Source: Octopus sinensis
Lineage: Eukaryota
NCBI RefSeq assembly: GCF_006345805.1
Contig: NC_043005.1
Span: 24,862,001 to 24,926,000 of the forward strand
Length of the DNA stretch: 64,000 nt
Reading direction: 5' to 3'
Shown here: piece by piece, positions 62,246 through 64,000 of the stretch
Numbering within the stretch: position 1 is the stretch's first letter
Layout: each line of letters opens with the position of its first letter
The notes under the pieces: generated by a model
Told to the model about the DNA's origin: nothing
Databases searched by the model: none
What the model saw: the letters and a program-made list of their open reading frames with translations, nothing else
Position numbers and translations under genes: made by a program

Positions 62246-62988
62246 ATGCAAATGTGGGTTGCTTTTGGTGATTTACCATTGAAAGGAAGAGAATTTCTTC
62301 TAAATTAAACCAAGTTAAGCTGAAGAATATTTAATTTTTAAGTTTTCATTTTTACCTTTTTTTTTCTCTTACAAATTTCTTAAAAACTTTTAATCACTAG
62401 TAGTCATGTGTACTACTATTTCATCCTCTTCTGGAATCGTTGGCATAGATTAAACTGAAGAGACAAACTATTTAAGCTCAATTTAACATTTTATGAAGTT
62501 TCTTAAAAATAGAGAGAATAGTTCATAATTTGAAAACCATATTTCATTTTTGTTTTTCTTTTCATCCTAAATCTGTTTAGTAGTAGAGAAAAGAGAATGA
62601 GAGGAACTTCTTACATGCAGGTAAAATACTTTCAGGGCAATTCTGCCTTGTGAAAATGTTTTTTTGTGTAGTTACTGTTAATGTTTTTTTACTACAATCA
62701 GATCTTGTAATCCTTTTATAATATATTCATCTTGGGTGTAAATAGAAATTTCTGGTAGCTGTTTCATATTGTGCTATCTGTCAGGATGAGTTAGAACAGA
62801 CATTCTTTAGGTTCATATTTAAATTGATTTACTGGTGTGACTTGAAGTAGAAAAAGCCATAAATGATAGCATGTAGAATAATGGGTTAAGAAATCCCTTG
62901 GATAAAAAAAAAAAAAATTGAAGGCTGCCTTTTGCTGAACTGATGTCAGCATAGAAAACAAACATTAAACACCACTGCTGCTGCTGCT

Positions 62989-63027
<39 letters not shown>

Positions 63028-63050
63028 GTACTAAGTTCTATTTCTTCTAC

Positions 63051-63082
<32 letters not shown>

Positions 63083-63086
<4 letters not shown>

Positions 63087-63645
63087 GTTGTCCGGAAAGT
63101 TTGTGCTGATTTTTAAAGGAAAGAAAAAGGTCAATAAATACTTGCCATTACATTTTTAATCAACCAAATATGAACTGTTTTGTTGCACAATGTATCACCA
63201 ACTTTCCTTTAACTTGAAAATACCCTCTTCCCAGAATTGAGGTAGTTTCATGCCAAAGAATTCATCAAGGTATCTTTTTACGTCATCCAAGGAATTGAAA
63301 TTTTTACCATTAAGACTATTCTGCAGAGACCTGAATAAGTGGAAATCTGAAGGAGCAATATCTGGTGAATATGGAGGGTGGGGTAACACATCCCAGCCGA
63401 GCTGCAGCAATTTTTGTCTGGTTCCCAAAGCATCAAGTGCTGAAAATGAACTTTCTTATCTTCCATTTTAAAGGGTTACTGAATTAACACAGTTTATAGG
63501 AACATAAATCTTCTTCCACGAAAAGATAGCTTAAACTGCTCTAAATGGAGGTGTAGTCAAGTCCTATTTTCTGGACTCAACCATGTTCTAAAATAAGTCG
63601 AAAGGTAAGCTACTATAAATCGGCATGAACTTTCCGGACAACCCA

Positions 63646-63646
<1 letters not shown>
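63083..63646 (-). mobile_element. Non-autonomous mariner (DD34D-type) deletion derivative, 564 bp
   Basis: ~30-bp TIRs TTGGGTTGTCCGGAAAGTTTGTGCTGATTT / AAATCGGCATGAACTTTCCGGACAACCCAG with TA flanks. The N-terminus MEDKKVHFQHLML is joined to C-terminal WDVLPHPPYSPDIAPSDFHLFRSLQ. Confidence 0.93.
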
Positions 63647-63686
<40 letters not shown>

Positions 63687-64000
63687 TGCATACGTGCACG
63701 TGTGTATGTGTGTGTGTGTGTGTGTGTGTGCACAAATGCATGTGAATGCTGACATTGTATGCTTGTTACTGTTTTGAGTGAAATGGTGATGTTATTTAAA
63801 TTCTTTCTTTAATATTGCAACCAGTTACTCTGCAGTTTTGAAGTCTGATGCTATAAAAAAAATTCTTTCCTTGGAAAACAAGTAAAGATTAGCAACAAGG
63901 AGAGCACCTGGCCTTGAAATCCTGCATTGAAATAACTCACCTGTCCAAATCCATGCTAGTATGGAAAAATGGAAGATTAATGAATGAACGATGTCTGGTT

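Overview
This is AT-rich, repeat-saturated eukaryotic genomic DNA, most likely octopus (coleoid cephalopod). That assignment rests on my recognition of the SINE families and the microsatellite load, not on a database search. I find no complete gene, rRNA, genuine tRNA gene or CRISPR array, and most ORFs in the track are microsatellite read-through. The window holds at least four tRNA-headed SINE-like families (labelled A, B, C, E here), decayed L1/Tx1, RTE and Penelope-like retroelement remnants, Tc1/mariner (DD37D, DD34D), hAT, piggyBac-type and Harbinger-like DNA transposon derivatives, and one canonical non-autonomous Helitron. Repeats left of about 34.5 kb keep their CpGs while those to the right are CpG-depleted, which suggests a methylated gene body. 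Inside it are one convincing 132-nt plus-strand coding exon (45674-45805) and a few weaker minus-strand exon candidates, including an RFX X-box next to three in-frame splice donors. The best candidate for something new is a set of minimal hammerhead-ribozyme motifs: one is built into a Pol III/tRNA-headed SINE (family E) and another family has a non-canonical core.
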